In this document: positions 1-11,763 of the stretch, piece by piece
Layout: each line of letters opens with the position of its first letter
Numbering within the stretch: position 1 is the first letter of the stretch
NCBI GenBank assembly: GCA_023515725.1
Contig: JALDTO010000154.1
Span: 124,001-188,000 of the forward strand
Direction: 5' to 3'
DNA: 64,000 nt
Source: Amoeboaphelidium protococcarum X5
Lineage: Eukaryota > Fungi > Aphelidiomycota
Program-made: the position numbers and the translations under genes
The notes under the pieces: generated by a model
What the model was told of the DNA's origin: nothing
Seen by the model: the letters and a program-made list of their open reading frames with translations, nothing else
The model's database searches: none

Positions 1-2
1 AT

Positions 3-305
3 GTGATAGCTGTTGCAAAACGTAATCATGCCTCATGTTTCCAAATGGACCATTTGAAAGAAGCATTACCTACTGTCGTTGCTCCTGCGCCTATCTCCAC
101 TGAGAATTTATCCAGATGCCATCAGTGTAATGGTGAAAAAATTGCTGATTGTATGTCGTGTAATCAGGCGTTCTGTAATGAGCATTAAGCTGTGCATACT
201 GATCATCCAACGACGCTGGAATCTTCAGATGGTGACACCAACTCTTCTCTTCTACTTAGCAATGTTGAAGATGATTCTTTGAACCTGAACAGTAGCACTT
301 GTTGA
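3..305 (+). CDS. 3' end of a probable DNA-transposon protein with C-terminal CxxC-CxxC-xxx-FCxxH zinc finger (partial, runs off window start)
   Basis: Reading TAA186-188 as Gln extends the frame to TGA303-305. Motif RCHQC..DCMSCNQAFCNEH. Followed about 150 bp later by a transposon-like end. No catalytic domain is visible in the window. Confidence 0.45.
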
Positions 306-460
306 ATAACTGAAGATTAACGTAATAATGAGGATGTTTTAAGATATATCTATGAAAAAAACACTTGGACTATTTCCTTTTTGAATCAGATTCAGATTGA
401 AGCAGAGCAGAGAGGATCAATCTTCCATTTTACTTCAAAATAGTACAACAGATTAAAATC

Positions 461-833
461 ACTTGTTGACCAATTTTGTTAACTCACATATATTACAATA
501 GCCAGCTTAAAGAATTGTTACTGCGGCTGAGTGAAATTTAGTACTCAAAAGTCCCATTCAAAAATGTGGGACATTTGTCCCAGTTGGCCAAACGCGATGT
601 GGGACATTTGTCCCAGTGGGACGTAGCGCAAGACGAGAAAATTCAAAATTTGACCCGGACCAACGTTAAAATTTTGTGTTTTAAATGTTGATTTAATATA
701 TTTTTGCCTAATAAGTAAGCCAAACAACGCAAAACGTTGCTTTTATGTCTTTTCCAATAGTATTTGACCCGGACCAGGTCCGGGTCAGGTCCTTAGACGC
801 TCCGTCCCTGTGTCCCACTTTCAATTGAGTGTA
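461..833. mobile_element. Right end (TIR and subterminal palindromes) of a Tc1/mariner/pogo-type element, ending ...TTTCAATTGAGTG|TA
   Basis: 519-615 is the exact reverse complement of 51612-51708. Similarity to those copies stops at a TA dinucleotide (832-833), as expected for a TA target site. Contains repeated GGGACA-TT-TGTCCC palindromes. Confidence 0.6.
616..810. mobile_element. ~195-bp MITE-like insertion nested in the transposon end
   Basis: Absent from the homologous copies at 51.4 and 51.6 kb (empty site). Flanked by direct repeat TGTCCCA (609-615, 811-817). Imperfect TIRs GGGACGTAGCG / CGCTCCGTCCC. Internal TGACCCGGACC repeats at 651-661 and a palindrome at 765-787. Confidence 0.65.
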
Positions 834-2397
834 TGGTAGTCCGTAGTTCCAAACGCATCTTTGTCAAGCATGGAAATCCTCTTAGATTCGCTGCTTAATA
901 ATAATGTCAACCGTACCGACGCCTTTTAATAAGCCACTGGTAAACATTTAAGCTTCAGAACCTTGGAAATGGTCAACGAATCGAACGCAGTTTATCATAA
1001 TTCTGGTAGATTGCAATTCGACTAAAAAAAATTCCATGGCGCAGTGAGCGCGCGTAAAGCAATGCAAGGAGAGGAAGCAAATGCTAACTCGCAGCACCCA
1101 TTGCTGGCACCCAGTCTCTTGAAGGGTACTTGTCAAAACCGCAGCCTATTGTGAAGTCATCTTGCACGCGACTGAGTCCTTATCCTTCTTGACCTCAGCA
1201 AGTTGCTAAAACCATCCTTCAAGAAGAGTATTTTGATAATAACTATAAATATAATCTACGATTGAGAGAGTGTGATTTGATAAACAATTAAATATTTACC
1301 TTTTCATCGTCAGCCAGCAGACATCACCGCCAGAGTGTCGTACCCAGCCAGCACAGATATGACCGCGTCATACTATACGTCTTTCAGAGCAAAATCGGCA
1401 CCACGATATTTCTACAGAATCATTTGCATCTCTTCGAAAATTCATTTGCAGCAGATAAACAGCGTGAGCTCAACAAAAGAGCTTCAGTCAAAACAGCCAT
1501 CTCAAAGCCGCCTGAAGCTACGCATGTGATAATTAGGACTCAAGTAATGCGTCACATAATTTGCAATCTCGAGTCGCTGACCTAACGAACATTATTTTTC
1601 TAAAGACCAATATACAAATATGGTACTTTAACTTTCATTTGCGCCAAGCCATCAGCTACTAAATAAACTGCACTTCGTCGTTCATAATATAATTACTGTA
1701 CGGGCAGAGTAATGAAAGTTGAAAAGAATCACCGCGAACTCATGCTGAAGTTGAACTGGTTTTACGCGGACGCGTCTTCGATGCATTGTTCATCACGGCA
1801 AAATCGGAAGGCAAGCTCTAACGTACAGTGTAAAATCAACGTGAAATAATAAAAGAGTGAAGACTAGGGCTCCGGCTGTACAGTAGTTCTAAAGGATTCC
1901 AATCTATATTCATGTAATAACTACTCGGAAGTGAAGGAGACATGTCATCTCACTCTGGTAAATCGTGTTAATATCAAGCTAGCAGGCTCCTTGTTTCAAT
2001 CAATGCAACTTTTATCACACGCTAGCCTGCTAAACACCTTATGAGCATTTCTTAGTTGCAAATCGCATTAAATTATACATGATGATGATCTAGTTTCATA
2101 GTGAGTTCCACCGACAACCAATCGAATTTTGAAACTACAATTTTTGAAGAATTTTTACAGAAGAAGCCATGTGATTGGTTGACAAGGATATTGACTTTGT
2201 ACTCTTTCAATCAGACGGCGTTGGTCGACTTGCTTTAGATTATCGCAACGCTGATTTCTGTTTCACTTGCACAGCTTTTGTGATTTGAAACAGCTTAATT
2301 ATATCGTTAGCTGAATTTTTTATATAATATTTAGCATAATAGTCATTGTTCGCCGGCTTTTCTAATTATTACTGATTACCGGAAAGCTTAAGTAATT

Positions 2398-4295
2398 ATG
2401 GGTAACATACTGTCTTGTTAATGCTGCTCGTCCTGTCGATAAGGTAAACTACTTACTGCTATCATTCGCTGAGCATCATCGCTTAATTAATTTTCATTTG
2501 TGTAGATAATCATGGACTATATGAGCCGTTACTTTAAGAATCAGAGAGGGAGGCTGTTAGCGATTTATTGCAATTTTTGGAAAACCGTGGAGACACTGTG
2601 TATTTTGAGGGCGATGCACTGCGAGCATTGAACACTCTATCATATAGCTAAAATGTTGATCTACAGCGATCTGCTGCTCTGGCTTTTGCAGAAATAACGG
2701 AACGTCAAGTTCAAGAGGTTGACGCATCGGTGCTTGATCCGCTGCTTCATTTATTGCGATCTTCTACTGATGTCGAGGTGCAGAGAGCAGCTTCTGCCGC
2801 GCTGGGCAACCTCGCCGTCTCCATCAATAATAAAGTCAAGATTGTTCGACTTGGCGGACTGGCGCCTCTGATTTCACAGATGACCTCTCCTCATGCCGAG
2901 GTTTAATGCAATGCTGTTGGTTGTATCACGAATTTGGCTACTCATGAAGAAAACAAATCTGCTATTGCTCGAAGTGGAGCACTCGGCCCTCTTGTCAGGC
3001 TTACTCGAAATACTCGTGATATCCGGGTGTTGCGAAATGCCTGTGGCGCCCTGCTTAATATGACACACTCGGAAGAGAACAGACGTGAATTGGTGGATTG
3101 TAATGTTATCCCTGTTCTGGTTCACATCCTTCATTCGTATACTCTTGGCAAGGGAATCGCGGATGATGATGTTGTCTATTACTGTACCACAGCCATCAGT
3201 AATTTGGCGGTGGACGCTAGCAACAGGAAGCGCTTAGCGGGAGAGAAGAGCCTCGTTGGTGACTTAATCGAACTTTTGCTTCCCAGCTGTTAGCTTAAGA
3301 TTCGTTGTCAGTCTGCGTTAGCTTTGAGAAATCTGGCATCAGACGCATTTTTCCAATTGGAAATCGTATCAAACTAGAATGGCTTGGCGCGATTGCTTAC
3401 GCTTCTCACAGAGCAACCATTCGACAGTCCTTTGGCAGCGTAACCGGTTATTTCCGCCGTCGCCTGTATACGCAACGTTAGTATTCATCCACTGAATGAG
3501 TAGACTATTCTAAAAGCTGGATTTCTACCATCGCTTGTATCCATACTCAACAGTGATAGCCTCAGTGAAGAGTCACGGTGCCATGCTATCTCCACTATCA
3601 GAAATCTAGCTGCTGGACTTGGAAGCGGCGAAAAGACTGACGACATGGACACTATGATTAAAAGTGGGACCATTGAAGTTATCAAGACTTTGATTGAGAG
3701 AACCGTGTCTGATTTGAACAGCAATAGTGATCATCTCTCCGTGAGTTGGATAATAATGTCAGAAATGACAGCCTGTCTTGCTGTGTTGGCTCTGTCTGAT
3801 CTGTTGAAGCCGTTCATGTTGTAGTGCGATATACTTCAGACATTATTATCTCTATTGGATGGGAGTTAACGATATCTCATACCACCTGAAGTTTAAGGTA
3901 ATGCGGCTGCTACTATAGGTAATTTAGCCACTAAATGTCCGGATCTCACTTACTTTCTAGGAAATGAGAAAGTCTGGAACAAGATCGTGTCCTACATTGA
4001 GAGGTTTCTTACTGGAGTCGTTGACATTGATGGAGACAGTATGTCGCTATCAAGTGATCTCGGTCAGGCGTATCAACATATTGGCGTATGGACTCTGTTG
4101 CAACTGCTGGAAGTTGGGTCATCTCAGTCTATTGAAACATTTGCGCGCGTCAAGTCGCTCATCAAGTCCAGAGGTCATTTGGTGAAACTGTTGCAAAATA
4201 TCTCAGCCATCAATAATTCGTCAAATCAGTCTGAAGAAGAAGTGGTCAACTTGTCACTAAAAGTATTGGCGCTACTCAACTCGCAAAAGTCTTGA
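2398..4295 (+). CDS. VAC8: Vacuolar protein 8, armadillo-repeat protein
   Basis: N-terminal MGNILSCQCCSSC (myristoylation and palmitoylation pattern). Intron 2444-2505 (GT..GTGTAG). Motifs [33 protein letters not shown](TAA=Q)[15 protein letters not shown]. Stop TGA4293-4295. Confidence 0.93.
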
Positions 4296-4564
4296 TCAAT
4301 TGTATACATCATTACATGCATTGTTTTTCAATATAGACGTGAATTTTGTCATCCATTAATGGCTCGCTTTTTCTTGACCTTTTCGACGCGTCGCTTCACT
4401 CTTTAGTTCTTCCCTTTTCAAGAGCGCGTTTGATCTCCATTTAGCGAGCCTTAACCGACGCGTTTTCGTGATTTCCTTTCGGTAGAGCTTTTTCGCGTAT
4501 AGGAATTGCCTCAATCAGCTCACGGTTAATTAGGTGGATAAGTTGATAAATAAATAAAAAGGAA

Positions 4565-4843
4565 ATGGCAAAGAGAACTAAGAAAGTCGGTATTGTGGGT
4601 AAGTACGGTACTCGTTATGGTGCCTCTCTGAGAAAACAGGTGAAGAAGATTGAAATTACTCAGCACGCAACATACACATGTACCTTCTGTGGAAAGGATG
4701 CTGTCAAGAGATAGGCTGTCGGTATTTGGAAGTGTCGCGCATGTAAGAAAGTGCTTGCCGGCGGTGCATGGACTGTTGGAACTACCGCTGCTGCCACTGT
4801 CAGATCTACCATCCGTCGTCTGAGAGAGTTGGCTGAATCGTGA
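4565..4843 (+). CDS. RPL43: 60S ribosomal protein eL43 (L37a)
   Basis: [24 protein letters not shown]...CTFCGK..VKR(TAG=Q)AVGIWKC..C, 92 aa, ends TGA. Missing from the ORF track because of the TAG. Confidence 0.97.
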
Positions 4844-5032
4844 TCTTGTTCGATGGAAGAATATATTCATACACTATCTCATCATTATAATTGCCATTAC
4901 TATTTCGATTGGTGAATGCAAAATTTTGTTTTTGGATTAACACCGGGAATTGATCATAGTATCAGTTCAGTATTTTTATGAACATATACGCTCACAAGTG
5001 TTACTTGCAACTCAGTGGTGACTTTTACGGTT

Positions 5033-5192
5033 ACTCACGCGTGAGTTGTTAGTGTCAAACGGGGCGGACATTAACAGCGGTCTGGCTGAACTCTCTCACT
5101 TGAGATCGACGTTCGCTCCACCGTTGAACTGAGGTGAACTTTTAATTTTGTTTTGACACTTTCGGATTTGTTAAAGCAATTTAGTTCACCTT
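5033..5192 (+). ncRNA. Candidate structured non-coding RNA, family not recognised
   Basis: Stem 5051-5060/5150-5160. Nested stem 5061-5069/5111-5119 with G-U pairs that work only on the + strand. Crossing stem GGTGAACT 5133-5140 / AGTTCACC 5183-5190. Lies in an unusually long convergent intergenic gap. Confidence 0.35.
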
Positions 5193-5374
5193 GCACATTC
5201 CCTTATATTTGACTTTAAAGCGTTAATCACTTCATATCCCCCCCTCTTTGAACGAACGCGTCTCATGAGCAACAAGTTACGTAATGTATCAGTAGACTTG
5301 AAATTGAAAAGTACAACTCAAAATAGTGGTAGAATACGGTACATATTTAATGCCAGAAATAATATCACTCAAAA

Positions 5375-6802
5375 TCAGTAATATCCCTTCAATTCATCGA
5401 CTGAGAATCCAGGCATTGGAAACTGACGGGAGAACTGCTCAACCTCCTTCTTCAACTGGTCCAATTCAGCACGCACAGCCGGAGTGTTGAGTTGAGCAAC
5501 GAAATCCTTCAACAATTTGCTCTGCACACTCTTTTGCACATTCAGAGCAATCTGAACGGCGCGGTGCAGCAACTCAGCCACCTTCACAAACTCTCCCTCT
5601 TTGAATGAGCGAGAAGTGCATGCAGGGGTACCGACACGAATACCACCAGGACTCAGTGCACTGACATCACCGTGCACAGTGTTCTTGTTCACAGTTATGT
5701 GCACCTCATCACAAATCTTTTCAATCTTGCTGCCAGTCAGTCCTTGAGGACGCAAATCCCACAACACAATGTGATTCTCAGTACCATCAGTGACCAGCTT
5801 ATAGCCGTAAGCCTTCAGAGCATCGGCCAGAGCTACAGCATTCTTGCGAACTTGAGCAGCATAAGCCTTGAACTCTTCAGAGGCGGCATGCTTCAACGCC
5901 ACGGCAATACCAGCGATAGTGTGATTATGAGCACCACCTTGCAAACCTGGGAACACAGCCTGGTTAATACGAGTCTCCCAGTCAGTTGGCTTACCATCAC
6001 GACCAACCTTTCTAAAGAAGATCAGACCAGCTCTTGGACCACGCAGAGTCTTATGAGTAGTGGTAGTAACAATGTCACAATACTCAAAAGGATTTGCGAC
6101 TGCACGACCAGCCACCAAGCCGGAGATGTGAGCCATATCACACATCAAAAGCGAATTGTTAGCATCTGCAATCTTGCGGAATCTTGGATAATCCAATTCA
6201 CGAGGATAAGCAGAGGTACCGCAAACCAAAATCTTTGGACGGAAGAGGGCAGCATTCTTTTCCAACTGATCATAATCAATCCAGCCAGTCTTCATGTCCA
6301 CCTGGTAAGGCATGGACTCAAAGAACAGCGAGGTGGCACTGATCTTCTTCTTTGGTGTCTGGTAACCGTGAGTCAAATGGCCACCACTAGGCAAGTCAAG
6401 ACCCATAATACGTTCATGCGGCTGAATCAAAGCGGTGTATACAGCCATATTAGCAGGCGAGCCAGAGTATGGTTGCACATTAACGCCCCAGACGGTGGAG
6501 TCCAGACCGAAAGCTTACAATGCACGCTACTGACACAGAACCTCAACCTTATCAATGACTTCATTACCACCATAGTAGCGAGCATAAGGAAGACCTTCGG
6601 AGTACTTGTTAGTCAGACAGGAACCATTCGCTTCCATAACGGATTGAGAGGTGAAGTTTTCAGAGGCAATAAGCTCCAGACCGCTCCACTGACGTACCTT
6701 TTCCTACTGAATTAGATCGTACATTTCAGGATCATCTTCCTTCAGCGGCTTATTCAAGCAGACATTCCAGGAATCCATCATTGGCGTAGTATTGCTAACC
6801 AT
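5375..6802 (-). CDS. SHM2: Serine hydroxymethyltransferase, cytosolic type
   Basis: [44 protein letters not shown] (PLP lysine). 475 aa, ends TGA. Confidence 0.96.
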
Positions 6803-7172
6803 AATTTAGTTTATTAATTACAAGTGCTAAAAAGCAGTATTAGACTTCTGGTAAGTGTAAACGTTCTAAGAAGAATGACCGGGCGGACGATGACGCGAAT
6901 TCGGAGAACCTTTTAGGCGACGCGTCCAAAGAGGCGTCTTTGGCGCAGTGGATACAGTAAATGCCCGATTGTATATATTCGAAATTTGAGATAATCTCAT
7001 GAGATAAGAATTGTACTAGTGGCTTTACAAGTGGAGTTCATACTGTGTGCTTAAACGTGGGGCTTTCAACAAGTGAACAAGAGTAATTGGTCCCTCGGGA
7101 GGACCCACTAAATGAATGAAGCCAAAAACAGTTAGAGGAAGTATTACATTTTGAAAACAATAACTATCAGTA

Positions 7173-8684
7173 TCACATCTTTTCTTGTTATGAGAATTCA
7201 GACAGGAGAGGTGTCTCAGCATCAACAGTTACAGCAATAATTTATTCATCAACTGAGGCTGAAAGTGACATGTTCCTAGTTTCAGTGACGAAATAACGTA
7301 CGTATACAAGACCGATTAGAGTGATCAGAGTATAAAGCCAGAAAGTGTACATTGCCGGTTCTTCTTCCATATTTCCACCACCATCATCATCATCATCATC
7401 CTATCTATATCTTAGATATTTCAATTCAAATGTGTACAGAGCAAGATAAGACTGCGAGACAAGTATGTTACAAATGAGATTAAGCGCAGAGCACAAAGCC
7501 ATTCCTAATGATCTTGTACTATCTGAAAATAGTTCTGATGCCACGATCGGTGGGAGTGGACCAAGAGCCAGAGAGAACGACATTCTAGCAAGGAGAACCA
7601 GACCAAAACAGAGCCATTTACGCGTATCTGTGGGTAGAACGGCGCAAGCTCCAACAGCGGCCATTGAGAGAGAGAATGTCAACATAGACAACTGTAAGAC
7701 GGACTTCCGTTAAAATTTATCTAGTATTTAAGTGAGAACAAAAAGTACCAAGAGCTGAGGAACACCAGAGAGACCACCGGCTAGGAGAGAGTCTCTATCG
7801 GAGAAGCCAACCATTTTGAATATGATGCCAGAATAGAAAATCAAAACATTAATTCCACTAAACTACTAAAATGCCTAGAGAGCCAGCGCTTAAATTAAAG
7901 CAGATTTTTCGCTGGTAAATAACAGCGATAGTTGTCTAAATTTGTGAATTTAAATTTGCTAATCTTGCTATGATGGAGTGCCAGGATTGAGATCATTATC
8001 AGGCAGATATTAATGACCTGATTACTCAATCTCCTACTTGATCTAAATCGCCTACTCCGTAAAGCCATTGCGCTGAAGCCATCGAGGAGATTCATACAGC
8101 GCGACAAAGCTGAGCACAAGTGATAGAGAAGGCAATAGCGCACCTAACAAAAACATCCAACGCCAGGTTTAATTTGCAAACTACGACAGATCGCAACTAC
8201 CAACATCACGTGGATACAGACTTAAGATGAAATATCCCCAAAAGAAGGATACCGCAATGCCAGAGGTGACCGCAAACTGACGCAAAGTGCCCAGAGAGCC
8301 ACGGTGATTATCACGACTAATTTCTGCAATGTAAGCAGGAGTCACAGCAAAACTAGCTCCAGAGAATACACCCAACAGAGTTCTGTAAATGACAATCGAT
8401 GCATAAGATTATGTCGCCAATGAGAGGAGTAGACCCAGAACGACATTACCTAGTAACATCAGGTGAATCGCCATTCGGTAACCATATTTCTGCTGTATCG
8501 GAGGCAGAATGAAACTACCCAATAGCGATCCAATCAGTATACAACTCACCAGAAATCCTTACTGAGTTTTAGACAATGAATCCCTGAGAGCAAGCAAAAC
8601 ACTAGATATAATGGCAGTATTAAATCCCAGCTAAAATGAATTAGTGATTGCTACAAAAATACTGCCTGCATATTTGAAATTCAT
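7173..8684 (-). CDS. MFS sugar porter family transporter
   Basis: YIAEIS...RGSLG, ESPRWL, (TAG TAG=QQ)FSGINVLIFYS, SELFS...R, FVTETR. About 503 aa in a single frame to TGA. Confidence 0.92.
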
Positions 8685-8907
8685 TTTATGATTTTGAGAA
8701 TTGGATAAATCAATTCAGTATACGAATCCCTATTGGATTGACAGATCGAGCGAGTTCCAATTCGGTACGCGATGCAGAAATCTTTTCGACAACGATCTCT
8801 TTCTCTTTTATAACGCAAAGTACTTACCTGCCTTTTTTATATTTTACTCTTTATAGCTATAAATATTAGTGCAGGTTATAGTATAAAATATTTAGTAAGG
8901 ATTAATT

Positions 8908-11664
8908 ATGGAGCAATTGGCGGAAATTAAAGAAAAGTTTAGCTTGTCCGATTAGTTGGTGAAAGAACTGAAAGCTAATCCTACTATGGTAGAGAATATG
9001 GGCAAGTTGTATGCCATTACTCAGTCGCTGGAAAGCGGTACTCTCCCATGGTCTAAAGGAAGTTTGATGTATGAGGTTGCACTGGCTCTGTCGAAAAAGA
9101 ATTTGCAGTATGATGAAGCTAATGTCAAGTTCATCGTCTCCAATATTGTGAATGATAGACTCAAAACGCGTGACTAGACTCTGGCCGCCATTGACTTTGT
9201 GGCCAAAAATGCTTCATCATCATCATCATCATCATCACCACCATCTGCAGCAGGTGGATAGAATATTGACAAGTAAAAGTTTGACTTTGCATGTGGAATT
9301 GGCGTTGTTATCGAGTCTAAAGAGATTGATTAGGAAGTAGACAAGCTGGTGTAAAAGTATAAATAACTTATTATTGATACTGGCAAGCGCTCGTTGTCTA
9401 CCATTATTAAAGAGTTAAAGTCTGATGCTAGAATGAAATGGGCAGATAGTAAGGCGGTGAAGGATCGTGTTGATAGCCAGATTAAGCAGATAATGGACGA
9501 GTAGTCCAAGTCGTAAAGTGCTAAGGATGGAGCTGCTGTTGCAACTAAGTCCGCCCATTCTGGTAAAACATCTACCACTAAGCCACGCGGTCAAGAAGAT
9601 CCAGTCATGGACAGGAAAGCTGCTTTGACTAAACATTAGGAGGACATAAAGTCTATTAGGGACTTTTTCTTCACTGGTGACTTGGGTTCTTTGCATAAAC
9701 CTGGTGGAAATCCTTAGATCAAACCAGAATTGATGCAGCAACATCTGAAAGAGACTGGGGGTATTGTTAAGACTCGATTTCCACCTGAGCCAAATGGTCA
9801 TTTACATATAGGACATGCTAAAGCTATCAACATCAATTTCGGATACGCGCAGGCTCATTCTGGTACTTGCTATCTCAGATACGACGATACTAATCCTGAG
9901 GCGGAGGAGGGTGTCTACTTTGACTCTATCCTGTCCACTGTTCAGTGGTTGGGATATAAGCCGGACAAGATCACGTACAGTTCTGATTACTTTTAAAAGT
10001 TGTACGAATTAGCCGTTATCATGATCAAGAAGGATAAGGCTTATGCATGCCATTGCTCAGGTGAAGAGATTCATGAGTAGAGAGGTGGAGCGAATAGAGG
10101 ACCCAGATTTGACTGTCCGCACCGTAATCGTCCTATTGAAGAATCGCTGGCTGAATTTCAGAAGATGAAAGATGGAAAGTACAAGGAGGGCGAGTGTATT
10201 CTGAGAATGAAGATGGATATGCAGAGTGGAAATCCTCAGTTTTGGGATCTTGTTGCTTATAGAGTCTTATCTACTCCACACCATCGCACTGGAGCCTAGT
10301 GGCGTATTTATCCAACCTATGATTACACACACTGTCTGGTTGATTCTTTTGAGAATATTACCCATAGTTTGTGTACTGTAGAGTTTATTGCATCTAGAGA
10401 GTCTTACTACTGGCTATGTGACGTGCTGGAAGTGTATAAGCCTGTGCAATGGGAATACGGTCGATTGAATCTGACTAATACTGTTTTGAGTAAGAGAAAG
10501 TTGACTAAGCTCGTTCAGGATAAGATTGTCAGTGGATGGGATGATCCACGTTTGTATACTCTGGTGGCTTTGAAAAGACGTGGATTCCCTCCGCAGGCGA
10601 TTAACTAGTTTGTCAGAGATGTCGGTGTAAGCACTGCGAACTCAACTATCAATGTGAAGCGACTTGAATTCTTTGTTCGTTAGCATATGGATGACAATTG
10701 TCCTCGTCTGATGGCCATTATGAATCCGCTGATGGTACACTTGGTGAATGTGAGTGATGACTTTTACCAGGAGTTGACGTTTGATTATATGCCCAAGGCG
10801 AAGGGTGTCGATCTGGGTAGTAGAAAGTTGCCGTTTACTAACACTTTATTCATTGATGAGAATGATTTTGCTGAGGATGAAGACTTTAAAGATGTGTACA
10901 GACTGAGAAAGGGCGGAATCATAGGCTTGCTGAATGTTGAGTATCCAATTTTGTGTATCGGTAAGTAGGTGTTCGATTCGGTGACTGATGTGTATAACAA
11001 GCCCGTCACAGTGGTCAAGTGTTTGTACCTGGACCCGGAGACTGCTGCGGCTGTCAAGAGTGATCCAACCAAGTTTGGACTTGCCAAGGATTTTAGTCTA
11101 CCCGCCAAGGCCAAGACTTATATCCAGTGGATCGCGCAATCTGTTCCTAGCAAGCATTAGCCTGGTAGAATAGTTTCTCCTCAATTGGTAGAGTATAGAA
11201 ATTACAATCAGCTGTTTATGCACGAGAATCCGATGGATAAGAGTGAAGTTCCTAATTGGATGGATGACATTAATCCAGAGTCCTTGGTGATTGATTAAGG
11301 ATTCGGTGAAGCTTCACTGGTGTATGCAGGCGATGATACTCGTCCATCTGCTGGTAGTGAGAGCTCTATCCCGTATGGCAAGTGTGTTAACGGTAAGATG
11401 CAGCTAGGAATTGAATCTCGCGTCCAGTTGATGCGTATCGGATTCTTTTGTGTGGACAGTGATAGTAAACCGGTGCAGGGTGTTCACGGTAGAGGAAGAA
11501 AGTTTTACAAGGTTATTAAGGCTAATAGTAATGATAGTCGTCATATTGGCGATAGCTTGAAGCTGGAGAGTTTGGACTCTGCACCATTCACCTCTGGATG
11601 GGTATTTAATCGCACTGTCAATCTCCGCGAGAACACCAAAAAGCAATTAGCTAAAACTAAATGA
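8908..11664 (+). CDS. GLN4: Glutaminyl-tRNA synthetase
   Basis: [51 protein letters not shown], eukaryotic N-terminal domain. 918 aa, ends TGA. Confidence 0.96.
9214..9237 (+). repeat. (TCA)8 microsatellite encoding poly-Ser in the GlnRS N-terminal region
   Basis: tcatcatca... read directly, in frame within GLN4. Confidence 0.9.
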
Positions 11665-11763
11665 TAATATTCTGAGATGAGATAATAAGTTATATATATC
11701 ATCTTTGAAGCTGTTTACTGAGTTCCTTTAATAAATCATGGTAAATTAAAAGTCCTATATTTA

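Noticed and set aside
565-620. CRISPR-like repeat-spacer look of GTGGGACATTTGTCCCAG (also at 51421-51660)
   Set aside because: Only two repeats per unit, the same spacer in all copies, eukaryotic context and no cas genes. Better explained as transposon subterminal repeats.
840-2390. Possible gene in the 1.5-kb gap after the transposon end
   Set aside because: The frames I tried under TAR=Gln hit TGA within about 120 codons and showed no recognisable motif. Possibly decayed sequence.
5672-6715. 347-aa + strand ORF
   Set aside because: Antisense shadow of SHMT. The same applies to 4526-4870, 22807-23274, 41017-41466, 46093-46344 and 52565-52954 over their respective genes.
8821-8833. TACTTACCTG resembling the U1 snRNA 5' end
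   Set aside because: Followed by AT-rich promoter sequence with no U1 stem-loops.
11425-11460. GlnRS QLMR in place of the bacterial and animal QFER anticodon motif as a code adaptation
   Set aside because: As I recall, standard-code fungal GlnRS has a similar QAMR, so this change alone is not diagnostic.
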